The translations under genes and the position numbers were made by a program. The notes under the pieces are model-generated. The model saw only the letters and a list, made by a program, of their open reading frames with translations. It was not told the DNA's origin and ran no database searches. A stretch of DNA of 64,000 nucleotides from assembly GCA_900661335.1 (NCBI GenBank), contig CAACVY010000004.1:70-64069 (forward strand), written 5' to 3'. This DNA comes from an uncultured bacterium (GTDB lineage Bacteria; Verrucomicrobiota; Kiritimatiellia; PWTM01). Every line of letters begins with the position of its first letter. The first letter of the stretch is position 1. This document shows, in pieces, positions 37,570 through 46,907 of this stretch.

Positions 37570-38778
37570 TCAACTGCTCCTGCGCTCACCTGTCTGGATG
37601 CTCGGAGTTGTGGACGGATTCGGCCCACCTTCCGACCGAATCCGTCGGCCCACTTCTCGCAACGTCTGGGCGTCCTCGGGGTGGAGGTTCCCCTCGGGCA
37701 AGGGCCCACTGTTCAACAGCAGATTACACCGCCGCCCCCACGCCGCCTGGAGGCGTGGCCAAACCTGATCGGCCTTCCAATGGCGCCCATCGTCGTCCTT
37801 TCGGTACCCCCACGCCATCGGTTGAAGTGTGTCACAAATCTCGTTCCACTTGGTCCGGTTAGCCTCCCACGCACGCGCCGCGATCGCAGCGGCTTTCTCC
37901 CCCAGGAGTTTGCGCACGCGGTCCTCCAGCGAGGCACCCTCCCGCTCGGGCGCCGCAAAGTCCTCCGTGCCGGTGGCCCCCTGCTTGAACGAAATCAAGC
38001 AATGGGGCTGGAGCCGCCGCACCAGCGCGTAGGTTTCTTCGATCGGAAACAGCTCTGGCCGCGAGTAATACCCCATGATCGGATCGAACCAGATGCCCGC
38101 CAACGGGCCATAATGCGTGAGCAATTCTCGCAACTGCGCATGAACAAATTCGATGTAGTATCGAAAATCTTCATCGCGCTGGAACCGATATGCCGGGTCC
38201 GGTTGCTCGTAGTTCGGTCGAGCGCACTTCCAGAGAGACACCTCGTTGCTGAAGAAGTACGGATGCCGCCAGTCCAACGCATAGGAATAGTATAAGAATA
38301 GCCCGAGCTTCTTCTTGCGACAGCATTCCGCGAGCTCCCCCACCAGGTCGCGGCGCGCGGGGGAGGCCATCGAATGAAAGTCGTTTTGCGCAGTTTCGAA
38401 CAGGCAAAAACTGTCGTGGTGGCGGGCCGTCAAGTTGACGTAGCGCATACCGGCTTCGCAAGCAAGGTCCGTGATGAACTCCGCATCCCAACGGCGGGCC
38501 GCAAATTGGCCTTTCAGCTTTTCGTACTCTGCCACGCGAATCTTTTCGTGAAACATCACCCATTCTCCGCGGCCGAGAATGGAGTAGAGACCATAGTGCA
38601 GGAACAGCCCGAATCGGGCTTGCTGGAACCAGGCCAGCGAGGCCGCGCGGGGCTCGCTTCGGTACAAGTCAGCGAAATCTTGCAAATGCAGAGGCACCGG
38701 CTCACTCGAGCCACACGTTGCCGAGACGCTTGCTGTCGCCACCATACCTCCAAGGAAATCTCGGCGCGACCAACTCAT
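37570..38778 (-). CDS. Alpha-L-fucosidase (GH29) with Tat-like signal
   Basis: It has the Tat-like signal SRRDFLGGMVATA. RFGLFLHYGLYSILGRGEWVM and DFITD/YVNLTARHHDSF are typical of the GH29 N-terminal catalytic region. Confidence 0.85.
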   Translation of the reverse strand: MSWSRRDFLGGMVATASVSATCGSSEPVPLHLQDFADLYRSEPRAASLAWFQQARFGLFLHYGLYSILGRGEWVMFHEKIRVAEYEKLKGQFAARRWDAEFITDLACEAGMRYVNLTARHHDSFCLFETAQNDFHSMASPARRDLVGELAECCRKKKLGLFLYYSYALDWRHPYFFSNEVSLWKCARPNYEQPDPAYRFQRDEDFRYYIEFVHAQLRELLTHYGPLAGIWFDPIMGYYSRPELFPIEETYALVRRLQPHCLISFKQGATGTEDFAAPEREGASLEDRVRKLLGEKAAAIAARAWEANRTKWNEICDTLQPMAWGYRKDDDGRHWKADQVWPRLQAAWGRRCNLLLNSGPLPEGNLHPEDAQTLREVGRRIRSEGGPNPSTTPSIQTGERRSS

Positions 38779-39326
38779 TCATGGTCTCCTTAACAAGTTA
38801 TTCTGCCCCGCCCACGAGGAGCCTGCAAGCTGGCTGTGCGCAGCGCCTACACCATCATAGACCGCCGGCACTACGAGACCTTGGGGCAGAGGAGGAGGCC
38901 GTCCGGGGAAATGAGCCCCGCGGCCAACTCGGGTACGCCGTGAGGTTGGCTCTCGTGTGTACTGTCGAAGCACTCCGCACGAGCATCCGTCATGTTGGCG
39001 GACTTGCCAGCGTGAAGCAGCCATCGCTGTGGTGTTTGAACTGTGGTCGACCCCTCGCGGGGCACTCGGCAAGGCTCGCCCGGAAGGCACTGCCGACCAA
39101 AATTTAAGGCATCACAGGTCTTGGTCTGCACCGTCTCAGGCGCGGGATCCTTGAAAGGCAGCAAGTCCGATCCACTCACTGGGTTCCGCCCATAGGCCCC
39201 CAATGTTTAAAATTCACTGAGAAACCCGGCCGTTACATACACAGTGTACGAGGGTTGCAACGGTAACCTGTTTGGACGACTCGCTGCAAACCGGCGCGGT
39301 GAAGGAAGTGGAAGGGTCAGGGGCGG

Positions 39327-39338
39327 AGAACGCGTTCT
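39327..39338. repeat. Perfect 12-bp palindrome AGAACGCGTTCT in a long non-coding gap
   Basis: The sequence was read directly. It is flanked on one side by aaaaaccaaaa. It does not have terminator geometry on either strand. Confidence 0.3.
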
Positions 39339-39594
39339 TCAAAAACCAAAAGGACACCCACCCAAACTGGTCTCGCCCCAGAGCAGCCCTCCGGACGCCG
39401 GCAAATCCAGGTGCTGTACCGCGGAGCACGCCGCAAACGGAACTACTTCAGTGTAGTACGATCCGGTCTCCTACTCCGCTCGGCGATCTGAGGATGTGGC
39501 CTGGCACGTTGATCGAATGTCGCGTCGAGCGGTCTTGAGATGCAGCTACACTGCCGCGCGTACCCACCCTAGTTGGGCCAGTGCCACCGCTGGC

Positions 39595-39852
39595 TTAGTC
39601 CACGATCTTGTACACCACGTCATGCTCTCGAGCGTGGCCGGTAACTTTGATTCCGACCCCCTGCCCCGCTTGAGCAGTCTGCACAGGTTTTCCATCCACC
39701 TGCATGGACTCGACCGTCTGGGTGAGGTCCGTGGTGTGTCCCTTAATGTGGATTCGATCTCCAACGGACAGCGAACCCGAAGTGAGCTGGACCGCCGCTA
39801 CACCGATTCGGCCGAAGTAATGTGTGACTTTCCCGACTTCGATCTCCGCCAT
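39595..39852 (-). CDS. Small EF-Tu domain-2-like beta-barrel protein (translation elongation factor-like)
   Basis: A GGAGGA SD precedes the ATG at 39852. The 85-aa product is MAEIEVGKVTHYFGRIGVAAVQL..GDRIHIKGHTTDLTQTVESMQVDGKPV..VGIKV. The longer track ORF (to 40413) is an upstream run-on. Confidence 0.75.
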   Translation of the reverse strand: MAEIEVGKVTHYFGRIGVAAVQLTSGSLSVGDRIHIKGHTTDLTQTVESMQVDGKPVQTAQAGQGVGIKVTGHAREHDVVYKIVD

Positions 39853-40076
39853 GGCGATCTCCTCCGTCGTACTTGCCTTTAGGGCCGCTGGATCGGACAC
39901 CCGTCCGATTCGCTTTGAACACTGAACGCCCGCACGAGCGTTTCCAAGCCCTATACTAAGCGCACCGGGCTGCCGCAACAAGTGGTGGGACCCGATCACC
40001 CCACCGGCGGAACGGGAAAGCACGCCTTCACCGCGAGTGTCTGCAAGCGAACCTTGGTCCGCATCCTGAATCTTGC

Positions 40077-40781
40077 TCAGCCGGCGCGAACTTCGAACGG
40101 GTCGAGGGCTCGGGGCTTTCCGAGCACCGTTTGTAGCACCATCGCCACCCGAAGCTTTGCAGGAGAGTTCAACAGCTCCCGCACTTTCCACGGACGACGG
40201 CCGGTGGCCGTCACGTCGAGCGAAGGAAAAATTCGCAGGGCACCTGCGCTGGCGGGCATGCCCCGAAAGACCGACGGCGGCAACACAGCCCGCGGCGCTG
40301 CTTGCCGTATCCAAACCCGAAGCGGTGCCGCTCCAGACGTTCCTGGTCCCCGAATGGTTTCTTCCGCCAGTGGGGTGGTTGTCTCGACCGGGACCCATGG
40401 CTCGGGGACCCATCGCTCGGGTGCAGTTTTTGGAGCGGCCGGTTCAACCCGCGAAGGGGCTTGCAGCTCCACCGTAACTGGTTCAGGTTCCGGAGGCGGC
40501 GACGGTTCCCGCGAAGCCGGCGCCATCACAATGACCTCTTCCGGAGCCACCGGCTCGCCGGTAAGTTCTTCTAGCAATCGCCGAACTTGTTCCTCCGGGA
40601 ACGTGGGAGTCCCACCCGGCGGCGGAACCTGCGGAGGTTTCTGACTCGGTCGTTCCCGGGACTTCAACAACCCGCCCAGGATCCATAACACGACGAAAAC
40701 TAACCCAAGCAGATTCTCAAACGCATCCGCGCGGAACGTGGGGCCCGCGGTGGCCCCCCATGCTGGATCCACGCCCCCCAC
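40077..40781 (-). CDS. Hypothetical membrane-anchored proline-rich protein downstream of floA
   Basis: A GTG start lies 3 nt after the floA stop. One TM helix (LLGLVFVVLWILGGLL) is followed by a Pro/Glu-rich linker and a basic C-terminal region. I recognise no family. Confidence 0.55.
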   Translation of the reverse strand: MGGVDPAWGATAGPTFRADAFENLLGLVFVVLWILGGLLKSRERPSQKPPQVPPPGGTPTFPEEQVRRLLEELTGEPVAPEEVIVMAPASREPSPPPEPEPVTVELQAPSRVEPAAPKTAPERWVPEPWVPVETTTPLAEETIRGPGTSGAAPLRVWIRQAAPRAVLPPSVFRGMPASAGALRIFPSLDVTATGRRPWKVRELLNSPAKLRVAMVLQTVLGKPRALDPFEVRAG

Positions 40782-40784
40782 GGG

Positions 40785-41825
40785 TCAGCTTTCCTTGTGC
40801 CCCGGCTTCTCTTCGGCCCCGCCACTGGCAATGGCTTCACGCATGGCGGTGTCGGCCATGATGTTCTGCAGCCGGTAGTAGTCCATCACGCCCAATTTCC
40901 CTTCGCGGAGCGCTTGGGCAATCGCCAGCGGAATTTGGGCTTGGGCCTCGATGACTTTGGCCTGCATCTCTTGGACACGCGCTCGCATCTCTTGCTCCGC
41001 CGCAATGGCCGTAGCTCGGCGTCCCTCGGCCTCGGCTTGCCGTAGTTTCTTGTCGGCCTCCGCTCGCTCGGTTTCGAGCAACGCACCCACGTTCGCCACC
41101 TCGCGCGCTCCACTCACTCCGGCGACGCTGACATCGGCGATGTCAATCGACACAATTTCGAACGCCGTTTGTGAGTCCAGACCGCTTTCCAACACCTTCC
41201 GGCTGATGTGGTCCGGGTTCTCCAATACGTCCTTGTAGGTCGGCGAAGAGCCGATCGCACTGATGATGCCCTGCCCCACCCGTGCGATGATCGTGTCCTC
41301 TGTCGCGCCGCCGACGAGCCGTTCCAGGTTCGCACGCACGGTCACGCGGGCCTTGACGAGCAACCGAATGCCATCTTTCGCAACCGCGTCGAGCATCGTA
41401 GTGCCCTTCTTTGGGTCAGGGCAGTCGATTACTTTCGGGTTGACGCTGGTGCGCACGGCGTCGTATACGTCCCGGCCAGCGAGGTCGATGGCCGCCGCTC
41501 GCTTAAAACTGAGATCGATGTTGGCCTTGTCCGCTGCGATGAGCGCCTGTACGACGTTTAGCACGTTGCCCCCCGCCAGATAGTGCGCTTCGAGCTCTTC
41601 CGTGCTTACGTTGAGTCCGGCCTTCACCGCGCGAATGCGGGCGTCCACGATCAACGTGGGGGGCACGCCACGTAATTTCATCCCCAACAGGTTGAACAAG
41701 CTTACACGGGCGCCCGACATCCAAGCGCGCACCCAGACCTTCAAGAAGTAGAAGAACAGCCCGAGCACGATCACCGCGAAGATCACCGCGGCAATCCCTA
41801 GAACCATCATCAATATTCGCATCAT
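40785..41825 (-). CDS. floA: Flotillin-like protein FloA (UPF0365/YqfA, SPFH domain)
   Basis: An N-terminal TM is followed by [25 protein letters not shown]. An SPFH core and a C-terminal Ala/Glu coiled coil ([27 protein letters not shown]) are present. Confidence 0.9.
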   Translation of the reverse strand: MMRILMMVLGIAAVIFAVIVLGLFFYFLKVWVRAWMSGARVSLFNLLGMKLRGVPPTLIVDARIRAVKAGLNVSTEELEAHYLAGGNVLNVVQALIAADKANIDLSFKRAAAIDLAGRDVYDAVRTSVNPKVIDCPDPKKGTTMLDAVAKDGIRLLVKARVTVRANLERLVGGATEDTIIARVGQGIISAIGSSPTYKDVLENPDHISRKVLESGLDSQTAFEIVSIDIADVSVAGVSGAREVANVGALLETERAEADKKLRQAEAEGRRATAIAAEQEMRARVQEMQAKVIEAQAQIPLAIAQALREGKLGVMDYYRLQNIMADTAMREAIASGGAEEKPGHKES

Positions 41826-42028
41826 GGTCGGCTCCTTCCGCTGGAACGAACTCTACGCCGGCTGGGATAAAGGCGCAAACCACTTCGGATCCAACCTTCA
41901 GAAGAGGTTCGACTGCATGGATCGGACCCACACGCTGAGCATTCGGTGCACCGTTGAGATCCAGACCTCTGGTGTCTGCACGGATCTAGTCGCACCGCCG
42001 AGTTCTGGGCGTGCGGCCTGGTACGTTG

Positions 42029-42057
42029 TTGCACGGGAGCTTGCACCACCCCAATAT
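42029..42057 (+). promoter_or_regulatory. Promoter candidate TTGCAC-17 nt-CAATAT immediately upstream of maf ATG
   Basis: The -10 element ends 8 nt before the ATG at 42066, which suggests a leaderless transcript. Confidence 0.3.
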
Positions 42058-42065
42058 TGCTCGGC

Positions 42066-42758
42066 ATGAAATTCCTTCGTCCCGTCCGATCCCTACGGAC
42101 CCGCCGAGCGGTGCTCGTGTTGGCGAGTGCTTCGCCGCGGCGGCGGAAGTTGCTGCGGCTGGTGGGGCTGCCGTTCGTGGTCCGGGTTCCCAACGTGGAT
42201 GAAGAACCACGACGAGGCGAAAGTCCGGCGGACCACGCCCGTCGGCTAGCCTTGGCCAAGGCGCGCCAAATCGCTGCGAAGTTGCCGCCGAGCGGCCCCA
42301 CCTGCGTGATCGGATGCGACACAATTGTAGTCGTGGACGGTCAGATCCTGGGCAAACCGCGGACTGCGGAGGAAGCCATGCGAATGTTGCAACGGTTGAG
42401 CGGTCGCACACATCATGTCTTAAGCGGCCTGGTTGTCTTGGCACGACGATCGACTGGCGGCTGGCGGGCATACTCACGCGTTGTGACCACTCGAGTGACA
42501 TTTCGCAGTCTGGATCCGGAAGAAATTCGCGCCTACGTCCGAAGCGGTGAGCCCATGGACAAAGCTGGCGCATATGGCATTCAAGAAGGTGCCGCGCATT
42601 TCGTCCGCCGTGTCGTCGGCTCCTACACGAACGTCGTGGGTTTACCCTTGGCCGAACTCGTGGAGATGCTTCGGCGGGTCCTGCCGGGAGGCCGGTCCTC
42701 CCACAGCGGAGGTTCCGAGACGACTCGTAAATTCCCCCACAGTTCCGGTAGAAAGTAA
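42066..42758 (+). CDS. maf: Maf-like nucleoside triphosphate pyrophosphatase
   Basis: LASASPRRRKLL, GCDTIVVVDG, GKP and AGAYGIQE motifs are present. A C-terminal extension of ~30 aa follows. Confidence 0.9.
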   Translation: MKFLRPVRSLRTRRAVLVLASASPRRRKLLRLVGLPFVVRVPNVDEEPRRGESPADHARRLALAKARQIAAKLPPSGPTCVIGCDTIVVVDGQILGKPRTAEEAMRMLQRLSGRTHHVLSGLVVLARRSTGGWRAYSRVVTTRVTFRSLDPEEIRAYVRSGEPMDKAGAYGIQEGAAHFVRRVVGSYTNVVGLPLAELVEMLRRVLPGGRSSHSGGSETTRKFPHSSGRK

Positions 42759-42816
42759 GCCATCGCCGCCAAGAGCAGGGGTCCACACTGGGGGGGGCCG
42801 CGCCTCGTACCCATGC

Positions 42817-43968
42817 TCAATCGTATCTTCCCGCCGCTTTGGCCGCCTCGATCATGGCCACCACATTCTCGCGCGGCGTACCGCGTTCGAGGAAGTCGGC
42901 CGTGGAAAATACGTACCGGCCACCCGGTTTTCCAATCCTCACCAGCTCTGCAGTTCGCTGGGCGACTTCGTCCGGACTCGCCCGTTTGAGGAACTCCACT
43001 TGGTCAAGGTTTCCCAAGAGCACGAGGCGATCGCCCAATCTCCGTTTGGCTTCCGCCAAATCGTTGTCGCCTTGCGGCGGCCCCGCCACAGTTTCCCAAA
43101 CGGACATTCCGAGCTCGCGATAGCAGTCGTACAACGACCGCGCGCAGCCGCAGTTGTGGTAGATGGTCCACGCACCGGCTTCGTGGATCGCCTGCACCAA
43201 TCGCCGCTCCCATGGCAACACGAACTCTCGAAAAAACTCAGGCCCAACGGAGGCGCCGCCTGCGATATGGCCCTGGATGCCAATGGCGTCGACTCCTGCC
43301 TCGGCCAATGCGCGGTTGTACTCGCACTGAACCGCGGTCAACCGCTCCATCCACTGAACATAAAGCTCGGGTTGTTCGAGCGGGAAAACGTACAAGCGGT
43401 CCATACCGATCCATTCTGCCGCCACGTTGAACACTCCCGCAAACCCCCACGGAGCCACGATGCCCCGATCTCCAATACAGCGTTTCCATCGCTCCGCCCA
43501 TTCCCGCATCTCCGCCCGGTCGTCATCATCCACGGGCGGTAACGCGTCCATGAACGCACGAAGCTCGTCGTCGGTGGGAAGCAGAAACCGAGTGGGCGTC
43601 CAGCTCACACCCGCACTGGCGGCGCCCGCCTTCGGCCGCCGATCCTCCTTCCACCATCGTCGCCTTGGTGTGACAATTTCCACCACTCGGACTTCCATCT
43701 CCCCTTCGGTTCGAGTGTAGGAGCGCACCTCCCACCGGGGGCGCGACCGCCGAAGAAAGTGCGGGGGCTCCAACGTACGGGGTTTCGCGATCAAGTCAAA
43801 GTCCAGCTCCGCCGCCAGTTCGGCTGCGTCCACCACGCGATCGACAGTGGGCCGCTGGGGGTAGTAGGCCGCCAAATACTCCTCTTGCACGAACGGCGAC
43901 ACCGGCACTCGGTCAGGAATTCCGCCCGCCAAAGTCGTGCGCAGGCGTTCTCGGGGACTCAAGCTCAT
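42817..43968 (-). CDS. Uroporphyrinogen decarboxylase (URO-D)-like family protein
   Basis: N-terminal RERLRTTLAGGIPDRVPV, central HNCG and the C-terminal ...PRENVVAMIEAAK resemble URO-D/MtaA-like TIM-barrel proteins. The ATG at 43968 is preferred. Confidence 0.65.
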   Translation of the reverse strand: MSLSPRERLRTTLAGGIPDRVPVSPFVQEEYLAAYYPQRPTVDRVVDAAELAAELDFDLIAKPRTLEPPHFLRRSRPRWEVRSYTRTEGEMEVRVVEIVTPRRRWWKEDRRPKAGAASAGVSWTPTRFLLPTDDELRAFMDALPPVDDDDRAEMREWAERWKRCIGDRGIVAPWGFAGVFNVAAEWIGMDRLYVFPLEQPELYVQWMERLTAVQCEYNRALAEAGVDAIGIQGHIAGGASVGPEFFREFVLPWERRLVQAIHEAGAWTIYHNCGCARSLYDCYRELGMSVWETVAGPPQGDNDLAEAKRRLGDRLVLLGNLDQVEFLKRASPDEVAQRTAELVRIGKPGGRYVFSTADFLERGTPRENVVAMIEAAKAAGRYD

Positions 43969-43975
43969 GGCCGCG

Positions 43976-45337
43976 TCACAACGTCCATGGCGCACGCAAC
44001 GGCCGGTCCAGCATTTCCTGTGCAACCGGATCGCCCGGAACTGTCTCCGTCACCGGATCCCATCGCAGCGGCCGGCCCAAGCGAACCGTCATGTCGGATA
44101 GATGCGAGACAACTTCGTCGGCCCACGCTACTTCGATCGGACAGATCGTACGTCGCCGAGACCGGACGCACTCGACGAAGTTCGCGTAGTGGTTCCCGCT
44201 TTCGTACAAGCGCCGGTCGCGCGCAGACCATCGAACGGCGGCCCAAGCAGGGTTGGAAACATAGATGCCGCCTCGATCCACACTCACCCACCCCGCGTCG
44301 CCCCAAAAGGTCGTCCCATGGTTCGCGAACGGCCGATATCGGCTCACGACAGGTCGAGCGGTGTCTTCGTCCATGAACCGTAGCTCGACACCATCTGGAT
44401 ATACGGCCCGCACGTCCCAAATCGCCACTGTGTCGAACAGACCCCGCGACGGGATGGCGCCATGCCCTTCATAGTGGATGGGAACTGTTCGATCTTCGTC
44501 GTGCCCCCACTGCGCGATGTCAATCGGATGCACACCCCAGCCGGCGATGAATCCCAATGCATAATCGTAGATGTGGTAGGCTCCCGCGTTCGTGCATCGC
44601 AACGGGCAATACGGGCGCCACGGCGCCGGACCTAGCCAAAGATCATAATCCAGATCTTGTGGCGGATCTCTGGGCGCCACGTCCTGCGGTCGCTCCGCGC
44701 TACCGTCCAACGCCCTACGCCCCAAAGCCGGCGACCAAACTTCAATGCGGCGCAGCCGACCGATCACGCCATTGCGGACGAGCTCACACGCAAACCGAAA
44801 GTTGCGCCCGGACCGCTGCTGGGTGCCATATTGAAACACGGCCCCCCGTCGTTGAACCTCTGCACGCAACGCCTGGTCCCACCGCAATGCAACACCCAAC
44901 GGTTTTTCCACATAGACATCCTTGCCCGCCCGCACGGCCGACAACGCGATCGGCACATGCCAGTGATCAGGCGTGGCGATCACGACCGCGTCAATGTCCG
45001 GCCGAGCCAACAGTTCTCGAAAATCCCCGTATTGGGCACACCCGCCCGACACCGGTTGGCCACGCGCGGCACGCCGTTCGTTCACCAACCTCGCCGCGGC
45101 GTCCCGTCGGGATTTCATGCAGTCGCACACCGCAACGGACTCGGACTCGACCACACCGAGAAAATTCCGCAACAACGAAGTGCCTTGCCCGCCAACGCCG
45201 ATGTGGCCCAACGTGATCCGCTCGGACGGCGGCCGTAATCCACCCAGCCCCAGCGCGGAGGCGGGAATGACCATCGGCGCCCAAGTCATACGCACCGAGG
45301 CCCGGAGAAACGCTCGCCGAGTCCAACGCCACCTCAT
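43976..45337 (-). CDS. Gfo/Idh/MocA family oxidoreductase with Tat signal (paralog of 36220-37569)
   Basis: It has the Tat signal TRRAFLRASV and the motif IGVGGQG. FRELLARPDIDAVVIATPDHWH is nearly identical to the paralog. EKPL is also present. Confidence 0.88.
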   Translation of the reverse strand: MRWRWTRRAFLRASVRMTWAPMVIPASALGLGGLRPPSERITLGHIGVGGQGTSLLRNFLGVVESESVAVCDCMKSRRDAAARLVNERRAARGQPVSGGCAQYGDFRELLARPDIDAVVIATPDHWHVPIALSAVRAGKDVYVEKPLGVALRWDQALRAEVQRRGAVFQYGTQQRSGRNFRFACELVRNGVIGRLRRIEVWSPALGRRALDGSAERPQDVAPRDPPQDLDYDLWLGPAPWRPYCPLRCTNAGAYHIYDYALGFIAGWGVHPIDIAQWGHDEDRTVPIHYEGHGAIPSRGLFDTVAIWDVRAVYPDGVELRFMDEDTARPVVSRYRPFANHGTTFWGDAGWVSVDRGGIYVSNPAWAAVRWSARDRRLYESGNHYANFVECVRSRRRTICPIEVAWADEVVSHLSDMTVRLGRPLRWDPVTETVPGDPVAQEMLDRPLRAPWTL

Positions 45338-45355
45338 GGTCCTCCCCCTCGAAGC

Positions 45356-46228
45356 TCACTGCGACTGCGGTCGCGCCCAACCACGTTGGACTAGCCAATC
45401 GGTGCAGCGGGCCGTCCAAGTTTTGACCGATCCGTGCACATTGGTCTTCATACCGAACCCGTGGCCACCTTGTTCGTAGATGTGGAGTTCCGCGGGCACG
45501 CCAGCCTGACGTAGCGCGACGAACCATGCCACGCTGTTAAAGGCCGGGATGCGGTCGTCGGCCGCGTGTACCAAAAAAGTCGGAGGGCAATGCGCTCCCG
45601 CGGGAAGAGTCAGTCCCAATGGAGGCGCGTTCGTGTCCAAAAGGTAGGCGGGGTACACCAACACGGTGGCATCGGGCCGCGAGGGAAGGTCATCTGCCTC
45701 GTCCAATCGCGGATACGTACGGCCGCCACTGTGGGAGCTGACGCGGGCCGCCAAATGGCCGCCGGCGGAGAAACCGAGGATTCCAATCCGATTCCGGTCC
45801 AACCCCCACTCCGCGGCACGCTGACGCAACAAGCCCATCGCCCGCAGAGCATCCATGAACGCCTCATCGCGTCGGCCGGGCACCCGGTAATACAACAATG
45901 CCGCGGTCACCCCAACCTTGTTCAGCCACTGGCATACCTCCGTGCCTTCGTGCGAAATCGCCAGGATGCTGTAGGCTCCTCCCGGGCACACCAGAATCGC
46001 CGCGCCCGTCGGGTTGGAGGGCCGGTAGATGACGATCCTTGGGCGCCCCACGTTGGTAAGCCTGCTGATGCCATCGCGTGCTGGTTCAAACTTCTCCGGC
46101 TCTGTGACCTGGGTGCCGGGCGGCTCTCCGGGCCACAAGTTCACCTCCACCGGCTCCGCGCCCAGCGCAACCATATACGACCCAAAAGCTAAAAGGACCG
46201 GCCAGGGGAACACTCGAGGGACCTCCAT
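45356..46228 (-). CDS. Secreted alpha/beta hydrolase (esterase/lipase-like)
   Basis: A GGAGA SD precedes the ATG at 46228. A signal peptide, the oxyanion region VCPGGAY, the GFSAGGHLA nucleophile elbow and a C-terminal GGHGF are present. The upstream part of the track ORF is a translated tRNA. Confidence 0.85.
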   Translation of the reverse strand: MEVPRVFPWPVLLAFGSYMVALGAEPVEVNLWPGEPPGTQVTEPEKFEPARDGISRLTNVGRPRIVIYRPSNPTGAAILVCPGGAYSILAISHEGTEVCQWLNKVGVTAALLYYRVPGRRDEAFMDALRAMGLLRQRAAEWGLDRNRIGILGFSAGGHLAARVSSHSGGRTYPRLDEADDLPSRPDATVLVYPAYLLDTNAPPLGLTLPAGAHCPPTFLVHAADDRIPAFNSVAWFVALRQAGVPAELHIYEQGGHGFGMKTNVHGSVKTWTARCTDWLVQRGWARPQSQ

Positions 46229-46265
46229 TTTGCTCTCCTCTATGCCGAAGGCCCGTGCGGGAATT

Positions 46266-46341
<76 letters not shown>

Positions 46342-46372
46342 ACCGGATCCACGGCGGGCACTCCGGGCTCGC

Positions 46373-46408
46373 GCTAAATAAAATCCCAGACGGCCCCACC
46401 GTTGTCAA
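46373..46408 (-). promoter_or_regulatory. Candidate promoter for tRNA-Ala (perfect TTGACA -35 plus A/T-rich -10 region)
   Basis: The minus-strand sequence is ggTTGACAacggtggggccgtctgggATTTTATTTAg. The -10 hexamer cannot be assigned unambiguously. Confidence 0.25.
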
Positions 46409-46752
46409 CCTTGCCTTCCAGAGCCGAGCGCAACGCGGTTGATTCGCTTAGCGGGCGGGAAAAACCGACGGCTGGTTTGACCAACGAGCGGTACCCAGGA
46501 GGTTCTTACCATCATCGAACACTCTCTGGGCTCATCACGGAAAATGTTGAACGCCATGGGGCGGCTCACCGTCGCGTGCCTGACCGATCGAAAGTAGACC
46601 GCCCCCGATGCATCGAAGACGAACGGTAGCCAGACCGACCGAGCGGATCCGGACCACGTCCAGGCGATCAAGTTCGGGGAAAACCAATCCCCTGCCCTCA
46701 CACTTTGGTGCTGGACCACGGAGCTGCCGCCTCCGATTCCCGCAACGCTCAT
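46405..46752 (-). CDS. Hypothetical protein (weak call)
   Basis: This is the only sizeable ORF in the 566-bp gap between tRNA-Ala and the ECF sigma gene. I recognise no motif, and it could be non-coding. Confidence 0.2.
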   Translation of the reverse strand: MSVAGIGGGSSVVQHQSVRAGDWFSPNLIAWTWSGSARSVWLPFVFDASGAVYFRSVRHATVSRPMAFNIFRDEPRECSMMVRTSWVPLVGQTSRRFFPPAKRINRVALGSGRQG

Positions 46753-46867
46753 TCTGGCCCTAGGGTGTACACCGAATGGCCCGAACCACCGCCGGCTGAA
46801 TCGTGCCCCATTCGCCACGCCACCCCCCACTGCACGGTCCAAGTGGCTCAGACTACCCGAACCGCCG

Positions 46868-46892
46868 TGAATAGAAATGCGGCGCAAACGTC
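46868..46892 (+). promoter_or_regulatory. Possible ECF-type autoregulated promoter (TGAAT-16 nt-CGTC)
   Basis: tGAAT lies at 46868-46872 and CGTC at 46889-46892, 16 nt upstream of the GTG at 46908. It only loosely matches the GGAAC-N16-CGTC type. Confidence 0.22.
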
Positions 46893-46907
46893 CGTATGCT
46901 GGGGTAG

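Noticed and set aside
38885-39240. RNase P RNA-like strings on the plus strand about 340 nt apart: GGAGGAGGCCGTCCGGGG (CR-I-like) and GAGAAACCCGGCCGTTAC (CR-V-like).
   Set aside because: The two strands do not form the P4 helix. The other universally conserved blocks (GGTAAGAGC, AGGGTGAAA, CAGTGCAACAGA) are absent. Short GC-rich matches are expected by chance in this DNA.
39321-39352. The palindrome AGAACGCGTTCT plus adjacent A/T run, considered as a rho-independent terminator.
   Set aside because: The T-run precedes the hairpin on the minus strand and an A-run follows it on the plus strand. The stem also has no loop. The geometry is therefore wrong for an intrinsic terminator in either direction, so it is kept only as a possible protein-binding palindrome.
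41822-42322. A 166-aa minus-strand ORF upstream of floA.
   Set aside because: It is antisense to the well-supported maf gene, and its composition is Arg/Ser/Pro-rich. It would also overlap the floA start.
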